The position numbers and the translations under genes are program-made. Shown piece after piece: positions 27,224 through 28,907 of a stretch of DNA of 28,907 nt. Numbering within the stretch: the first letter of the stretch is position 1; the number at the start of each line of letters is the position of its first letter. The stretch is from sequence record SRR20825019_2087; one strand, given 5' to 3'. The notes under the pieces are model-generated. The model was not told the DNA's origin. It saw nothing but the letters and a program-made list of their open reading frames with translations, and did not search any database.

Positions 27224-27889
27224 ATGAACGGGAGATCGGATAAAACTATTCGTATTGCAATTGCTGAGAATCACGAGATGGTGCGCAAAGGAATTGTTAG
27301 TCTTCTGAATATAGAATCTAATTTCTCGATCATTACAGATGTTAGCAATGGCTCCTTACTTTTGAATGAACTTAGAACACACTCAATTGACATTGTTATT
27401 TCTGATCTCGACATGCCAGTGATGTCTGGTGTTGATACTCTGAAATTAATTAATGAAAGATATCCTTCGGTTAAGGTTATCATTCTAAGTCCAAACAAAT
27501 CAGATGATTACATTATTGATTGCATCAGTTCTGGCGCTAGAGGGTTTATCTGCAAAGAATCTGCGATTGAAAAGCTAGTGGAGGCAATTAATGCTGTTTA
27601 TCGTCAAGGTTACTATTTTGATGATAATATGTCTAAGGCTTTATTATTTAAGATAATGGAAAACAAAACAGTTAAACCTGTTTTTAATAATGTTCCTTTA
27701 ACTAAAAGAGAAATTGAAGTAGTTGAATTGATTTGCCAAGGAATTACCAACAAAGAAATTGCGGAGACTTTATTCTTGAGCGTTAGGACTGTAGAAGTTC
27801 ATCGAAAACACATTGCTAAGAAAACAAACTCTACAAGTGTTGCTGGTGTTGTAATTTATGCAATTAAGCACGGGATTTATAAAATTTAG
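27224..27889 (+). CDS. NarL/LuxR-family response regulator
   Basis: REC domain DIVISDLDMP, ILS and GFICK; HTH LTKREIEVV...GITNKEIAETLFLSVRTVEVHRKHI. Confidence 0.94.
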   Translation: MNGRSDKTIRIAIAENHEMVRKGIVSLLNIESNFSIITDVSNGSLLLNELRTHSIDIVISDLDMPVMSGVDTLKLINERYPSVKVIILSPNKSDDYIIDCISSGARGFICKESAIEKLVEAINAVYRQGYYFDDNMSKALLFKIMENKTVKPVFNNVPLTKREIEVVELICQGITNKEIAETLFLSVRTVEVHRKHIAKKTNSTSVAGVVIYAIKHGIYKI

Positions 27890-27914
27890 CTTGACATAAA
27901 TTGAGTGTAAAATG

Positions 27915-28037
27915 GCAAAAAAAGAACGTTTGAACGCCCCTTTTCTCAACAGAAATTTGAAAATCTCTTAGAAAGGCTTAAAGAGGCGGTTTCGATTTCT
28001 TAAGGAAAATTGTGCAACGTTCCCTATGTTAGTAGCA
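27915..28037 (-). repeat. Long imperfect palindrome resembling a decayed attC site
   Basis: Minus strand TGCTACTAAC-ATAGG-GAACGTTG ... AACGTTC, with inner paired segments TTTTC/GAAAA, AGAAAT/ATTTCT and CTCTT/AAGAG; no terminal GTT core. Confidence 0.45.
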
Positions 28038-28058
28038 TATTTACTTGATTTAATCCAA

Positions 28059-28799
28059 CTACCTACATGTTTTTAACTTTCGAGAAATATTTTCAGGGAT
28101 CTCCTCTTCCATCATTAAATATGGTTCGGCAGCTCCACGGTACAATTTACATGCTTTATTTTGTTCACCAATTTGCTCGTAAACCGATGCTAGCAGAAGG
28201 CAAAAGTTAGTTCCTAAAAATTCACCTTCATTTGACAAGTCATGCTCGGCTACAAACGTTTTTAAATCATCTATTTTCCCCGATTGATACAACGTCTCTA
28301 TTTTCAGTTGTTCGGCAGCCAATACGTCAAAATTCTCAAGCGATAAAGTATAGTTCGCTTCTGCGTCAGCTTCATTGAACTTGTTCAATTCAAGGTAGAT
28401 ATAACCACGGTCAATGTGATAGTGATCGGTTTCTGGTTCTAAAAGAATAGCCTTGTTAATGTGTTCTAAAGCTAAGTCAAGAGTAGTACTGTCATTAATG
28501 TATATTAATCGTGCTAACAGCGCATGACTACCTGAATAATTGGAATCTAGTTCTAGTGCCTTATGGAAGTTTTCAATGGATTTTTCTTTCTCCCCCTTGA
28601 AATAGTAGATCGTAGCTTTTTCCTGAAAGAACCAAGGTTCTGTTGGATTATTCTTTATAGCCTCATCGAGCATTTTGAACTTCTGCTCATAAGGGACCAT
28701 TTCAATTTCATGATAGAAATCAACATATTTATCAGGAATAGTTTGGGCCTTTAAATATGTCCCAAGTAGGATAAATGAAATAATAATCAAAGTCTTCAT
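28059..28799 (-). CDS. Secreted tetratricopeptide-repeat protein
   Basis: Signal peptide ending LKA-Q; repeated AIKNNP, ALELDS and AILLEP TPR turns. Confidence 0.88.
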   Translation of the reverse strand: MKTLIIISFILLGTYLKAQTIPDKYVDFYHEIEMVPYEQKFKMLDEAIKNNPTEPWFFQEKATIYYFKGEKEKSIENFHKALELDSNYSGSHALLARLIYINDSTTLDLALEHINKAILLEPETDHYHIDRGYIYLELNKFNEADAEANYTLSLENFDVLAAEQLKIETLYQSGKIDDLKTFVAEHDLSNEGEFLGTNFCLLLASVYEQIGEQNKACKLYRGAAEPYLMMEEEIPENISRKLKTCR

Positions 28800-28831
28800 A
28801 AGTTGTTTTATTTTTTTTTACTGCTACCAAT

Positions 28832-28839
28832 CAAATCTA
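28832..28839 (-). promoter_or_regulatory. -7 element TAGATTTG for the TPR gene
   Basis: Exact TAnnTTTG match, 32 nt upstream of the ATG. Confidence 0.55.
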
Positions 28840-28880
28840 GAAAGATGTTCGGACTTTCACGGATCATATCAAAAACACCT

Positions 28881-28907
28881 GTAACGATTATTTAGGACTA
28901 GACAAAA
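28881..28907. repeat. 27-bp dispersed repeat, copy 2, at the window end
   Basis: GTAACGATTATTTAGGACTAGACAAAA; 22/27 identical to 10911..10937. Confidence 0.6.

Noticed and set aside
10839-27912. AGTGTAAAA occurring at 10839, 16072 and 27904
   Set aside because: A 9-mer in AT-rich DNA; flanks do not align and only one copy forms a hairpin.
612-28754. Short nested or antisense ORFs in the track (e.g. 978..1268, 4154..4471, 8377..8664, 13572..13868, 23526..23852, 28563..28754)
   Set aside because: All overlap well-supported genes and show no motifs or independent expression signals.
1-28907. Intact integron, prophage, IS or anti-phage defence system
   Set aside because: No integrase, transposase, phage structural gene or recognisable defence gene, and no complete attC with both AAC and GTT cores.

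Overview
AT-rich Bacteroidota DNA, probably Flavobacteriales. The assignment rests on a T9SS type-B locus, many TAnnTTTG sigma-A -7 boxes and many Sec/SPII lipoproteins. Left to right: a DUF3857/transglutaminase gene pair, acs, a TCR/Tet-type MFS transporter, three small lipoproteins followed by an ECF sigma factor and a predicted dual-membrane-spanning anti-sigma factor, MepB, two lipoproteins, proC and a cold-shock protein. Next come two runs of short minus-strand accessory genes (SUKH-4-like and other immunity-like or hypothetical proteins) flanking an SDR-TetR-AraC-SRPBCC block. The window ends with an atypical CLC protein, a T9SS adhesin/PorP-SprF/PorE-like operon with a divergent orphan NarL-type regulator, and a TPR protein. 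No rRNA, tRNA, CRISPR array, integrase or transposase was seen. Most interesting: (1) the ECF/Dma-like trans-envelope module with a candidate autoregulated lipoprotein cassette and a probable non-canonical sigma start; (2) a readable TetR circuit of three operators, two promoters and a terminator that the tetR promoter seems to fire from within; (3) decayed attC-like hairpins around accessory genes, suggesting stranded integron cassettes; (4) a 27-bp repeat at 10911 and at the window end. All family assignments come from motif recognition by eye; no database search was run.
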